Virus record (IMG/VR): IMGVR_UViG_3300031949_000144
Coordinates: 1 to 24,956 of that record
From: a virus
Lineage: Duplodnaviria; Caudoviricetes
Length of the DNA stretch: 24,956 nt
Direction: 5' to 3' (one strand)
Position 1 is the stretch's first letter; every line of letters begins with the position of its first letter. The position numbers and the translations under genes are program-made. The notes beneath the pieces are model-generated. The model was not told the DNA's origin, searched no databases, and saw only the letters and a list, made by a program, of their open reading frames with translations. Below, piece after piece: positions 1 to 8,740 of this stretch.

Positions 1-21
1 GGGCGAAGCCCAGGGCGTAGG

Positions 22-103
22 TGAGACTAGCGCGTCAGCGAAAATGGGAAAAAGTTGCAAGAGGTTTGGGACAAACGATCGGTACAAAATGGGGTGACAA
101 AAA
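22..103. promoter_or_regulatory. Candidate transposable-phage terminus with tandem transposase-binding-like sites
   Basis: AT-richer patch with TGAGAC (22), TGGGAAAAA (45), TGGGACAAA (67) and TGGGGTGACAAAA (90) at 22-23 bp spacing, starting with TG, about 260 bp downstream of the last tail gene. Confidence 0.35.
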
Positions 104-323
104 GAGCGCGGGCCGCGCGGCGCCCGATTGTGGGCGGCGACCTGCGCCTGCTTGCCACCGGAGAGGCCGCCGGGGACTCGCCTACGCGACCGGCGGCTGG
201 GTCTAGAGCGGGCCGATCAGGCGCCTGGGCGATGCCCGGGTGCGAGACCGGTTGCCAGCCCCTGGGTGCTTGCAGGGCCCCTCAATGTTGCCCCGCGTAC
301 TGCGCCCCGCAGACGGCCAGCTG

Positions 324-340
324 AAACCCCTTTCAAGGGG
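324..340 (-). terminator. Possible weak intrinsic terminator after the tail fibre gene
   Basis: Minus strand reads CCCCTT-GA-AAGGGG followed by TTTC, about 25 nt after the stop at 365. The U-tract is short. Confidence 0.25.
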
Positions 341-364
341 CCGTGAAGGCCCAGACAATCGATC

Positions 365-1201
365 TTACTGTGGAAGCCTGGCTCTTCGCTTCTCGAGCGC
401 CGCGATCCGTCGGTGCAGCGCCTGGATGCTCAGGACCGTGTAACCGTGCAGGCTGATTTCGTTCAGGGATGGGATCTGCTGGCGGCCCACATTCTTTAGG
501 AACGGATCGCGGCGCTTAAATCCGACGATCCCAGTGAAGACGGCTGGCTGGCCATCCACGTCCAGGTATCTGCGATCCTTGAATCGGAAATCGTACACCT
601 TCCTGGAGAGCAGCACCTTCAGCGCCTCCGTCGGATCGTCCCACCTGCGCAGGATCTGCTTGGCCTTGTACCAGGAGGTCTGATCCCCGACGACGGTGCC
701 CGCCACGTCGTTGGCATTTACGGGATTTCCCGATGCCAGAATGCGGAGCTTGCCCGCCGTGTCCACCCACACCGCGTGGTCGGCACCATTCTTATTGATG
801 AGTTGGATCCACCCCGACGCTGGAGTGCTGCCATTGCTGTTGCGATTCAACGTGAGACGAGGGCCGAAACTACTTCCATTGTCGAAACCCACAAGCAACA
901 AGGAGCTATCGGTTACATCGAGTACAGCCCGCAGGCTGCCGCTGTTTCTCCATTCTTGCGCCGAGACGTTTGTACCCGCCGCCGTGTCCACGACGAGGCC
1001 GATGGTGCCGGCGGCGGGCGATTTGACGTACAAATGCCCGGCCGGGCTCCCGCCGGCTCCAATGCGCACGGCGTTGTCGAAGACGCCGGCGTTGATATAG
1101 TCCTGGATCTCCTTGAGGCGGGTGTTCACGGTGCCGGCGGCGAGGCTGGCGCCGCCGCTCCAGGCTTCGCTGGCCGCTATTGGGGTGACTGCGAGTGCCA
1201 T
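365..1201 (-). CDS. Tail fibre/spike with C-terminal intramolecular chaperone (peptidase S74-like) domain
   Basis: Gly/Ser/Asn-rich beta-type body, then TSWYKAK (S-x4-K like the SDxRLK autocleavage motif), VYDFRFK and a terminal coiled coil LSIQALHRRIAALEKR. GGAGG RBS. Last gene of the tail module. Confidence 0.8.
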   Translation of the reverse strand: MALAVTPIAASEAWSGGASLAAGTVNTRLKEIQDYINAGVFDNAVRIGAGGSPAGHLYVKSPAAGTIGLVVDTAAGTNVSAQEWRNSGSLRAVLDVTDSSLLLVGFDNGSSFGPRLTLNRNSNGSTPASGWIQLINKNGADHAVWVDTAGKLRILASGNPVNANDVAGTVVGDQTSWYKAKQILRRWDDPTEALKVLLSRKVYDFRFKDRRYLDVDGQPAVFTGIVGFKRRDPFLKNVGRQQIPSLNEISLHGYTVLSIQALHRRIAALEKRRARLPQ

Positions 1202-1239
1202 GCTGCCTCCCTGCCCGCCGCTGCGTTCTGGTAGGCGGG

Positions 1240-1665
1240 CTAGATCAGGTCCTGCGCGAGGTTCAGCGTCAGCTCATATTTCCGGAAGGCGACCTGGACC
1301 AGCTCCGGCGCGTCGTAGAGCCGGCATTGAAAATCCCCGGTCGCGATCTTGGTGCCGTCGGCGAGGGCCGTGCCATCTGCGAGCTGTGTGAAGGCGCCGC
1401 CCAGGCGCAGGACGAATGGCTTGGCCCCGCCTGCGTAGTCCCGCAGCACATTCAGCAGGTGCGATGCCTGCAGCGGGCCCATCATCCGGAAGGTGAGCCG
1501 ATTCACCAGCAGGCTCGAGCCCCGCCGACTCGATCGGGCCTTCCAGCCCACCGTTTTCCCGACGGCCACATTCGGCGCATAGGACTGGGGCCAGGGGTAG
1601 CTGTGGTTCCGCTGCAGCTCCGCGATGATGTTGCCGCTGGTGTCCCGCAGCTCCAGGTCGGCCAT
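1240..1665 (-). CDS. Minor tail protein, possibly distal tail (Dit/gpM-like)
   Basis: 141 aa with GAGGG RBS. Layout (LTFRMM, GGAKPFVLR, YELTLNLAQ end) resembles distal tail proteins. Position in the tail-tip module. Confidence 0.5.
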   Translation of the reverse strand: MADLELRDTSGNIIAELQRNHSYPWPQSYAPNVAVGKTVGWKARSSRRGSSLLVNRLTFRMMGPLQASHLLNVLRDYAGGAKPFVLRLGGAFTQLADGTALADGTKIATGDFQCRLYDAPELVQVAFRKYELTLNLAQDLI

Positions 1666-1695
1666 GTATGGCCCTCAACAATCAGTGGTCAAAGG

Positions 1696-1950
1696 TCAGC
1701 GGTCAGCTTTCCTGTCGGGCTCATGCCAGCTCACGACGCCGGTCTTGGCGTCCAGCTCGAGGGGCTTGTCGAGGGGGATGCCCTCGTACTTGGCGATGGC
1801 GGCCAGCTCGCCGTCCAGGGCCTGGAGCTGCTGGCTCATCTGCGCCTGCATGGCCTGCAGCGCGGCGGCGACGCCCTGGCGCTGGAAGTAGAGCCGGGCG
1901 AACCGGAGAAACTGATCGTGGTCCTTGAGGGTGATCTTACGCTTTGGCAT
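1696..1950 (-). CDS. Small coiled-coil hypothetical protein (84 aa, MPKRKITLKD...)
   Basis: Start re-called to ATG 1950, overlapping the end of the upstream gene. Gln/Ala heptad segment. Confidence 0.65.
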   Translation of the reverse strand: MPKRKITLKDHDQFLRFARLYFQRQGVAAALQAMQAQMSQQLQALDGELAAIAKYEGIPLDKPLELDAKTGVVSWHEPDRKADR

Positions 1951-2200
1951 CGGGATCTGCCTTGGCCTTGGCCTCGTAGATATGGCCCGTGAGATCCAGG
2001 GCCGCGGGCGGCCGCCCGGGGGTCTCCGCATCGAACTCGTCGAAGAAACCCTCCAGGATCCGGAGGATCTCCTCCCTGGGCGTGGTGTCCGGCCAGCTAT
2101 ACCGATTGAAGCGGGAGCGGCCGTCGCGCGCCTCGAACCGGACCTGGGCGACCAGCGCCTTCCCGATCTGTTCCATCTGCAGGACCGTGAACCCAGCCAT
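1937..2200 (-). CDS. Hypothetical phage protein (87 aa, MAGFTVLQME...)
   Basis: Start re-called to ATG 2200 with GGAGG RBS directly after the stop of the 815-aa gene. The longer track ORF overlaps that gene. Confidence 0.65.
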   Translation of the reverse strand: MAGFTVLQMEQIGKALVAQVRFEARDGRSRFNRYSWPDTTPREEILRILEGFFDEFDAETPGRPPAALDLTGHIYEAKAKADPDAKA

Positions 2201-2202
2201 GA

Positions 2203-4650
2203 TCAAACCTCCCGGCAGGTGAGGACGCAGCGATCCAGCGCCGGCTTCGGCGGGCTCAGCGTCCGGTCGAGGCGCTCGATCCAGAATTGTTTGGCCGTCC
2301 AACCGCCGCCCGGCATGCGGCTGCTGGTGATGGCCAGGCGGTCCATCAGCTCGAGGTGGGCGGCCGGCAGCCCCAGGAGCGCCAGGCTGGCCGTCCATTT
2401 CACGTCCTTGTGCCACGCCAGATACTTGTTGGCGATGGCCGCGGCCGCCGTCGCGTCCCGGATAAAATCGTTCTCGATGAGCAGGGTGTTCTCGGTCCGG
2501 TACGCCGTCTTGCTGGCGGCGTCGCTCACGTCCGCGATCATGCGGTACTCGCCCGTCAGGATCTCGCGCTTGGCCAGCAGAAAAATCCGGTTGAACAGCT
2601 CCGCGATGCTCGTCCGGCCGACCTGGATGGGGTGGCCGCCGGCCTCTCCCCCCAGGACATCGTCGGCCTCGGTGACTGTCTTCACCGCGGTGCCGGCGCC
2701 GGGCAGGACGATGAGCTTGAATTTGCCGGCCTGATCCAGGAACAGCCGCGAGGCCACGGACCAGCGCAGCCGCTCGAGCAGCTCGGCGGAGTCGAGCTGA
2801 TCATAGAGGCCCCAGTCGGCGCGGATGGCGGCGGCCGTGAAATCCGTCCGCGCCTGGGCGAAGCTGGCCGCGTCCGCATAGTCGGCCAGGACCAGGCCAA
2901 GCTGGACCGCCAGGATGTGGCGAATCTGGTCGCTGGGGTTGGTGATCAGGGCATTGGCTGTCCCCGTGTACGTGCCGCTGCCATCGTCCTGGTAGCCCTC
3001 GACATCGCAGACAACCAGGCGGCCCACCTCGACCTCGGCGGGGCTGACGACGACATCCGTCGTGCGGCTGACACTGACGGCCGTTGACCCGGAGAGGCTG
3101 GCCATGCTCGTCACCGTGGCGCTGGCCAGGCTGGCCATGCTGGCGGTGATGCCGGTGGCCCCGCTCGCCCCAGAGGTCTCGGAATACTCCACGACGCGCG
3201 AGATCTCCAGGACCTCGATGCTGGTGGTGCCGGAGGTCGGGGCGCTCACCGTGATCACCAGCCGGTTCTCCCCGACCCCACCCACGAAGGTCCAGGTCTC
3301 CGGGGGCACTGCCGGGTAATCCCACTGGACGGTGTTGCTGCCGATCGCGTACTTGATATAGCCGTTGCTCCCGACCGAGACGACGCCGCGGCGGAGGAAC
3401 CAGGTGCAGGTGGCGTCCCCCGCGACGTCGTCGAAATCATGGTCGTGACTGGCGGTGTTGGGTGACACGGCGCTGTCCGTGTGGGGATAGCTGCCGGCCG
3501 CCTTCTGCGATTTGCTCGACAGGCCGCCGTGGCTGTGGCTGCCGACACCGGTGCCGATGGATCCCGGCGTCTGTTCTTGGCTGGTGGTCATGCTGCCGGG
3601 GCTCTGCTCCTGCGTCGTGGTCCCGGCGTGGACCGGCTGCGTCGTGACCGCCACGGTCAGGCTGCGCCGCGGCTTGGCGGTGAATTTGATCAGGGTCGGG
3701 CCGGTGAGATCCACGGTGTAGCCGCTGGACTGGAGGATCCCGTCCACCTTGATGTTGCTGACGGCCTTGCAGGCGTGGGCGGCAACCAGGTAGGTATAGT
3801 CGGCCTGGATCTCCCAGATGGCCTTGCCCTTGGTGTGGGCCGCGGCCGTCGTCCCGTTCACCCCCCGGGTGCAGCCAGTCAGCGTGCGGGCGCCGCTGTC
3901 CTTGCCGGTGTAGGTGATCTGCTCGTCATCGATCTGGACGGTGCCGCTCGCGGGGAAGAGCGCGAAGGCGTCCGGGTCGGAGAGCGGGACGGTCGTCTGG
4001 CCGGCCGTCATGTCCGCGGCCAGGCCATCCAGGGCGCCGGCATCCACGGGCAGGCAGCGCGTCTCCTCGACCGTACCGTAGATCTCCGGCTTGATCACGC
4101 CCAGGACGTCGGGATCGGCGCTGGGATAGTCGGTGGCCGTGATGCGGCTGCCCAGGATCTTGTGGATGCGGTTGGCCCCCAGGGCGGCCATTTCCAGCGT
4201 GGCCGGCTGGCCCTCGTCCAGGAGATTGAGCCGCAGCCTCTCGTCGTCGAAACAGTCGGTTTCGGGTACCTGCACGGTCCCCTTGAACATGCGCAGGGCG
4301 TCGGCGATATCTAGCCCTTGGAAGAGCTGGTCCACCTGGGCCTCGGCATTGCTGAGGATGTGTGTCCCGAGGAGGTCAGAGAATCGCGCGCCGGTCAAAT
4401 CGTCACCGTTCAGAACCGCGAGGTGGCCCACGGATCGCTCCAGCTCGCCGAAACGGCGCAGGCCAAAGGTCAGGGTCAGGCCGTCTTTGAGCAGCTCCTC
4501 ATAGGTGATGCCGCCAAAGGTCCCCGCCCGGGTCGTCAGGTACTTCGTCAGGGCTGACGGCGACGACAGGATCAGCCGCACGAGCAGGACCGGCTCGTTG
4601 TCGATCGCGTCTGCCTGGGCGGCGAAGGCCGCGCTCCTGGCCTGGGCCAT
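2203..4650 (-). CDS. Tail tip / baseplate hub-like protein (815 aa)
   Basis: Directly follows the tape measure gene. Contains PEIYG, GTVQIDDEQITYTGK..LTGCTRGVNGTTAAAH and ITNPSDQIRHIL segments, and a hub-like C-terminus (LELMDRLAITS..FWIERL). Confidence 0.7.
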   Translation of the reverse strand: MAQARSAAFAAQADAIDNEPVLLVRLILSSPSALTKYLTTRAGTFGGITYEELLKDGLTLTFGLRRFGELERSVGHLAVLNGDDLTGARFSDLLGTHILSNAEAQVDQLFQGLDIADALRMFKGTVQVPETDCFDDERLRLNLLDEGQPATLEMAALGANRIHKILGSRITATDYPSADPDVLGVIKPEIYGTVEETRCLPVDAGALDGLAADMTAGQTTVPLSDPDAFALFPASGTVQIDDEQITYTGKDSGARTLTGCTRGVNGTTAAAHTKGKAIWEIQADYTYLVAAHACKAVSNIKVDGILQSSGYTVDLTGPTLIKFTAKPRRSLTVAVTTQPVHAGTTTQEQSPGSMTTSQEQTPGSIGTGVGSHSHGGLSSKSQKAAGSYPHTDSAVSPNTASHDHDFDDVAGDATCTWFLRRGVVSVGSNGYIKYAIGSNTVQWDYPAVPPETWTFVGGVGENRLVITVSAPTSGTTSIEVLEISRVVEYSETSGASGATGITASMASLASATVTSMASLSGSTAVSVSRTTDVVVSPAEVEVGRLVVCDVEGYQDDGSGTYTGTANALITNPSDQIRHILAVQLGLVLADYADAASFAQARTDFTAAAIRADWGLYDQLDSAELLERLRWSVASRLFLDQAGKFKLIVLPGAGTAVKTVTEADDVLGGEAGGHPIQVGRTSIAELFNRIFLLAKREILTGEYRMIADVSDAASKTAYRTENTLLIENDFIRDATAAAAIANKYLAWHKDVKWTASLALLGLPAAHLELMDRLAITSSRMPGGGWTAKQFWIERLDRTLSPPKPALDRCVLTCREV

Positions 4651-4665
4651 AGCTCGCTGTGCTCA

Positions 4666-4737
4666 CGCAGAGCGCATAGAGCATGGCGCATGGCGTCCGA
4701 TTCCGACGCTAGGCGCTCTGCGCTTTGCGCTTTGCGC
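4666..4737. repeat. Heptamer palindromic element, full copy 1
   Basis: cgcagagcgcatagagcatggcgcatggcg-tccgattccga-cgctaggcgctctgcgctttgcgctttgcgc, between the tape measure stop and the hub start. Confidence 0.9.
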
Positions 4738-4738
4738 A

Positions 4739-6769
4739 TCACCCCCGGATCGTGATCTGGCCATTGGCGATCGCCTGGTTCAGCGGGACGCGCACCGCCC
4801 GGATAATCGCCTCGTTATTCAGGGTGACGTTCACGACCAGATCCCCGCCGCCGGCGCGGCTGCCCGTGAGGCTTCGCACCACCGCCTGCTCCTGTTCATT
4901 CAAGATCAGCTCGCCGGGGCTGGCCATGATGGGGATCTCGCGGTCGATGGCGTTCTGCGGTCCCCAGGGGCGCATCGGCGCGAAGCCGCTCGGCATGGAG
5001 CCGGCGGCGCTGCCTGCCGGGAACCCGCCGAAGTTCTGGACGAAGCCGCCGTGCTTGTAGTGTGGGACGAAGCCACCATGGCGGAAGCTGGGCGGCGTCT
5101 CCCAGGTCGGAACTTGCCCGGGCGGACCGACATAGACGGGGCCGCCGACGTCGCCGCCGCCGCCGGTCGTGCTCCAGGGCGGAGGGCCGCCCACGGATCC
5201 CGGCTCTCTTCCCTCTCCGCCCCATGGCTTTGTGGGCGCCGGGCGCGGCACTCCAGTGCCGGCTCCTGCCCCGGCGCCGGCGCCCATGCCGCCGATCTGC
5301 AGCGCGCCGGCGCGGATCTTGGCCAGGGCCTCGTCCAGGCTGGCGCTGAGACCCAGGCGGACCGCCTCGCCCGCCTTCCAGAGCTCGTCCCGCAGCTTGG
5401 CGGCGGCGTCGTACATCTCGTTGATCTCGCGGATGGCGTCCTCGTTGGCCTGCCTCCGCTGCATGCTGGCCGTCTCGTTCGCCGTCTGGACCAGGCGCTG
5501 TCTCTCCTCCTCGGTCGTCTTGAGCTGGTTGATCGCGGACAGGTTCTTCTGCAGGGTCTCGTCGATCCCCATGATCAGGGTGTTCTTCTGTTCTTCGATG
5601 AACTGCTTGGCCCGGGGATCCACGCCGGGCAGCAACCAGGCCGGCACGCCGATCCGCTTCAGGAAGGCGTCATTCTCGGCCTGGATCTTCTTGGCCGCGT
5701 CCAGGTCGGCCTGCATCGCTTTGAGGCGCGCCGCTTGATTCTCCTGCGCCAGGCCGGCGCCGAAGGCCCGCGTGGACTCGCGCTGGCCACGGACGGTCTC
5801 CGCCTGCTGGCGGGCCTGCTCCTCCGTGTCGAATTCCTGCATGGCCTTCTGTGCCCGCAATTTCGCGATCTGTTCTTGGTACCGCGCTTCAATCGCCGGC
5901 CGCTCAATGTCCAGGGTCCCCCTGCCGTGGGAGGCCTCTATGGCCTTCTGCAATTGGAAATCTAACGCCTCGACCGCAGCGTCATAAGCCTCCTGGATGT
6001 TCAGGCGCGTGAACCCCTTGGAGAGCTCGATCGCCAGGGGGTTGGCCATGCCCTGCGCGAGCTGGCTCTGGAGACCCTTTTGGCGAGCTTGAATGTCCAG
6101 GCCGGCCATCTCCTGGCGAAAACCGGCGGCCTCCGTACCTCGTTGTAGCGAAGTGGCCGCCTGCAGGCCGGTCCTCAACCTTTCTTCGGACGCCGATGCT
6201 TCCCGAAAGGCGGAAGGTATTCCAAGCAACGTCCGGCGCGCACGATCAGCGGCCGCCGCAACCCGTCCGATCCAAAACTCCCCCTGGCGGCCGAACGTAG
6301 CAAACTCCAGATTGACTTCCTGCAGGGCGGACGAGATCCTTCCAACATCCAAAGAACGCACAGCTTGATCAATTGCCCCGAAGCGTTGGGCAACTCGCTC
6401 GCTCTCCCTGAACTGGGAAAAGAGATAGGCGACGGTGGTGCCCGCGGCGATGACGGCTCCTCCCAGAATCTTTGCCGAGGTAGAGACGCCTGACATTCGC
6501 TCGATTACATGGCCCAGCCCGAGAGCCGCACCCGTGATCTGTGGGCTCGATTGACCGAAGGCGAGCGCGACGTCATTGATGCCTCTCCGAAGGACCGTCA
6601 TGGAGAGACCCGCCTTGCCGCTCGCCCCTGCATACCGCTCCACATCTCGGGCCGAGTCGCCGCCGGCCTTACCCACGCGGCGCAGGGCGGACTCCGTCTC
6701 GGTCAGCAGGCGGGGGACGCCCGACAGACCCTTATCGGTGACTTCGAATTCGAGCACGACTTTGGGCAT
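4739..6769 (-). CDS. Tail tape measure protein (676 aa)
   Basis: Ala/Gln/Glu-rich helical protein after the tail chaperones. N-terminal VVLEFEVTDKG, hydrophobic segment, C-terminal HGGFV..IPIMASPGELILN..VVNVTLNNEAI motifs typical of tape measure proteins. Confidence 0.85.
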   Translation of the reverse strand: MPKVVLEFEVTDKGLSGVPRLLTETESALRRVGKAGGDSARDVERYAGASGKAGLSMTVLRRGINDVALAFGQSSPQITGAALGLGHVIERMSGVSTSAKILGGAVIAAGTTVAYLFSQFRESERVAQRFGAIDQAVRSLDVGRISSALQEVNLEFATFGRQGEFWIGRVAAAADRARRTLLGIPSAFREASASEERLRTGLQAATSLQRGTEAAGFRQEMAGLDIQARQKGLQSQLAQGMANPLAIELSKGFTRLNIQEAYDAAVEALDFQLQKAIEASHGRGTLDIERPAIEARYQEQIAKLRAQKAMQEFDTEEQARQQAETVRGQRESTRAFGAGLAQENQAARLKAMQADLDAAKKIQAENDAFLKRIGVPAWLLPGVDPRAKQFIEEQKNTLIMGIDETLQKNLSAINQLKTTEEERQRLVQTANETASMQRRQANEDAIREINEMYDAAAKLRDELWKAGEAVRLGLSASLDEALAKIRAGALQIGGMGAGAGAGAGTGVPRPAPTKPWGGEGREPGSVGGPPPWSTTGGGGDVGGPVYVGPPGQVPTWETPPSFRHGGFVPHYKHGGFVQNFGGFPAGSAAGSMPSGFAPMRPWGPQNAIDREIPIMASPGELILNEQEQAVVRSLTGSRAGGGDLVVNVTLNNEAIIRAVRVPLNQAIANGQITIRG

Positions 6770-6783
6770 GATTTAACCGCCAA

Positions 6784-6801
6784 TCCCGCTCCGGAGCGGG
6801 A
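6784..6801. repeat. Perfect 18-bp palindrome just upstream of the tape measure start
   Basis: tcccgctcc-ggagcggga is its own reverse complement. Confidence 0.8.
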
Positions 6802-6805
6802 AAGG

Positions 6806-6835
6806 TCAGACGCTATGCTCTATGCGCTATGCGCT
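6806..6835. repeat. Heptamer element, half copy (right arm)
   Basis: tcagacgctatgctctatgcgctatgcgct abutting the TGA at 6835. Confidence 0.8.
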
Positions 6836-7110
6836 CAGCGCCAGCGCGGAAAGGCCCGCCGGAACGCCGCCTCGGCCCGGGCGTTGACGTCGGCGGGGCC
6901 GACTTCCAGCACAATCGCGTTGATCTTGCACATTCTTTCGATTCTCTCCAGCGTCTCCCCTGTCCCTGTCGCTGTCGCTGTCGCCAGCGCCGGCCACGCC
7001 TGCACCAACGGATCCCCCAAAAGCGCGAAGGCCCGGAGGGCCAGGCGATCGGCCTCGGTCAGGCCGGCGCCGGCGCCTCCTTTGAGGTAGGTTTCCAGGG
7101 CCGTAAAGGG
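6835..7110 (-). CDS. Tail assembly chaperone gpT-like segment, probably expressed by -1 frameshift
   Basis: The -1 frame relative to the upstream ORF is open from the slippery sites to the TGA at 6835 (..PFTALETYLKGGAGAGLTEADRLALRAFALLGDPLV..). Sits between the gpG-like gene and the tape measure gene. Confidence 0.7.
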   Translation of the reverse strand, partial: PFTALETYLKGGAGAGLTEADRLALRAFALLGDPLVQAWPALATATATGTGETLERIERMCKINAIVLEVGPADVNARAEAAFRRAFPRWR

Positions 7111-7457
7111 TTGCTTAATCCCCCCGAAAGATTCATCGCGCCGGCGGCCTGCAGCACGGCCTGGCGCTCCCCGCTCGGCAGGGCGACCTTGTTGGCTCGC
7201 GTGCAGGGGGCCTGGGTCCCGTCCGGGGAGAACACCTTCCAGTCCTGGATGACGTAGTCGAGCTGGTCGATCTCGACGGCGTGCCAGTCCGTCTCCTCGC
7301 GCGGGAAAGCGCCCGGGGCCTCCGGCTCGATGCGCTTGGTATGCCGATCGCGGATCTCACGCGCCATCTCCGCCGAGAGGCGGCGGATGACGTAGTATCC
7401 GTCGGCGTCGCCGACGGTGGTGGCCTCGTCCTGGCCGATCAGATCGATGCGGGGCAT
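7059..7457 (-). CDS. Tail assembly chaperone gpG-like (132 aa)
   Basis: Start re-called to ATG 7457 (GGAGGG RBS). YVIQDWKVFSPDGTQAPCTRANK resembles the chaperone motif i.dW.gv.d.dG..lp.t.en. Lies between tail tube and tape measure. Confidence 0.8.
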   Translation of the reverse strand: MPRIDLIGQDEATTVGDADGYYVIRRLSAEMAREIRDRHTKRIEPEAPGAFPREETDWHAVEIDQLDYVIQDWKVFSPDGTQAPCTRANKVALPSGERQAVLQAAGAMNLSGGLSNPLRPWKPTSKEAPAPA

Positions 7458-7471
7458 GGCTCCCTCCGGTC

Positions 7472-7544
7472 GCGCAAAGCGCAAAGCGCTAAGCGCATGG
7501 CGTCCGGATCTGAACGCTCTGCGCTCTGCGCTTTGCGCTATGCG
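7472..7544. repeat. Heptamer palindromic element, full copy 2
   Basis: gcgcaaagcgcaaagcgctaagcgcatggcg-tccggatctgaa-cgctctgcgctctgcgctttgcgctatgcg. Contains the tail tube stop codon. Confidence 0.9.
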
Positions 7545-8623
7545 AGATAGGTTGCCTGCGAGTTGTACACGTACAGGATCGCCGGGTCGTTGACGCCGTC
7601 GTCGTACAGCTCGCCTTCGAACGTGATGGCGTTGCTCCCGTTGACGACGCCACGGGCGATTGGCTTCAGCCGGATTCGCGGGATGATCAGGTCGAAGCCG
7701 GGGAACATGGCCCCGCCCCCGGCGATGACCGAGGTCCCCTTGTTCTCGATCTCGATGGATGTGTTGACCTGGCCGGTGTAATAGGCCCGCTCGGCCGCCA
7801 GGGTCGCCGCATCCACGTGCAACTGCAGACGGATGGTCCCCATACGCTGGGGGCCATGATCCAAGCGTGTCCGTACCTTATCTCCTCCCGGTGCATAGCC
7901 GTCCGGGGCGTCCAGGGCATTGGTCCACTGGAAGTCCGCATCCAGCAGGCGGCTCTTGATCGCGTCGGGTGTCCCGGAGCTGATATTCTCCAGCCCCTGG
8001 GTGGGTGCGGCATCGATGCTGATGTCGGCCCCTGTCTCCAGGAAGCAATGGGTGTCCAGCCAGCGCAGCGGGCTCTCGCCCGTCAGCTTGGTGACGAAGG
8101 CGTCGGCGGCCGTGGCGCGCGTGCCGGAGCCGACTAGCGCGACATCGACGGCCCAGTAGGCGCCGTTCCGGAAGATTCGGATCGACTCCGCCCGGACCCC
8201 GCTGTACTTGTACTGCTCGCCGCTGGCCTTTTCCTGGAGCCCGATCCCGGGCAGGTCCACGGTGGCCGCTACGGGGAGGATCTTGTGGCGGTAGGCGGCC
8301 AGGGCGGCGTCCTGGACCGAGGCGGAGAGATTCCCCAGCGTGAGGGCGGCCAGGCCGCCCAGATGGCTGGGGCGGACGCGCGGCTCGCTGTAGGTGAAGC
8401 GGGCGCTCTGGTAGATGATCTCGGACGTCGTGGCGTGCTGGGATCCGTGGACCGTCTCGCGGTCGGTCTCGATTTGGTCATCCCACTCCACGAAGGCCTC
8501 GCCGAACTCGAAGAGCTGGTAGGCGGCGGGGAAGGTCCAGAGGGCCGGCCCGGCGTCGTAGCTCGCCTCTTTGTCGCCCAGGGACAGCATCAGTTGATCC
8601 AGCTTGCGGAACTGTTTGGCCAT
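7538..8623 (-). CDS. Major tail tube protein (361 aa)
   Basis: AAGGAG RBS. Begins with KEASYD motif, has YRHKILP, YKYSGVRAESIRI and FDLIIPRIRL..ITFEGELYDD segments like siphovirus tube proteins. Immediately upstream of the chaperones. Confidence 0.75.
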   Translation of the reverse strand: MAKQFRKLDQLMLSLGDKEASYDAGPALWTFPAAYQLFEFGEAFVEWDDQIETDRETVHGSQHATTSEIIYQSARFTYSEPRVRPSHLGGLAALTLGNLSASVQDAALAAYRHKILPVAATVDLPGIGLQEKASGEQYKYSGVRAESIRIFRNGAYWAVDVALVGSGTRATAADAFVTKLTGESPLRWLDTHCFLETGADISIDAAPTQGLENISSGTPDAIKSRLLDADFQWTNALDAPDGYAPGGDKVRTRLDHGPQRMGTIRLQLHVDAATLAAERAYYTGQVNTSIEIENKGTSVIAGGGAMFPGFDLIIPRIRLKPIARGVVNGSNAITFEGELYDDGVNDPAILYVYNSQATYLA

Positions 8624-8640
8624 CTGTCACTCCTTTGTTA

Positions 8641-8740
8641 AGCGCATAGCGCATGGCGCATGGCGTTCGGCTTCCGGCCCGGAGGGCGCTCCAGCCCGGA
8701 GGGATCAGACGCTAGCCGCTCTGCGCTCTGCGCTTAGCGC
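8641..8740. repeat. Heptamer palindromic element, full copy 3 (long form with about 40-bp loop insert)
   Basis: Arms as in other copies. Loop is ttcggcttccggcccggagggcgctccagcccggagggatcaga. Confidence 0.9.

Noticed and set aside
21-443. Short plus-strand ORFs at the left edge
   Set aside because: Overlapping, Arg/Pro/Ala-rich, with no RBS or motif support. Probably non-coding terminal sequence.
7538-8623. Contractile tail sheath, tailocin or CIS interpretation
   Set aside because: No sheath or baseplate wedge genes were recognised, and head and packaging genes are present.
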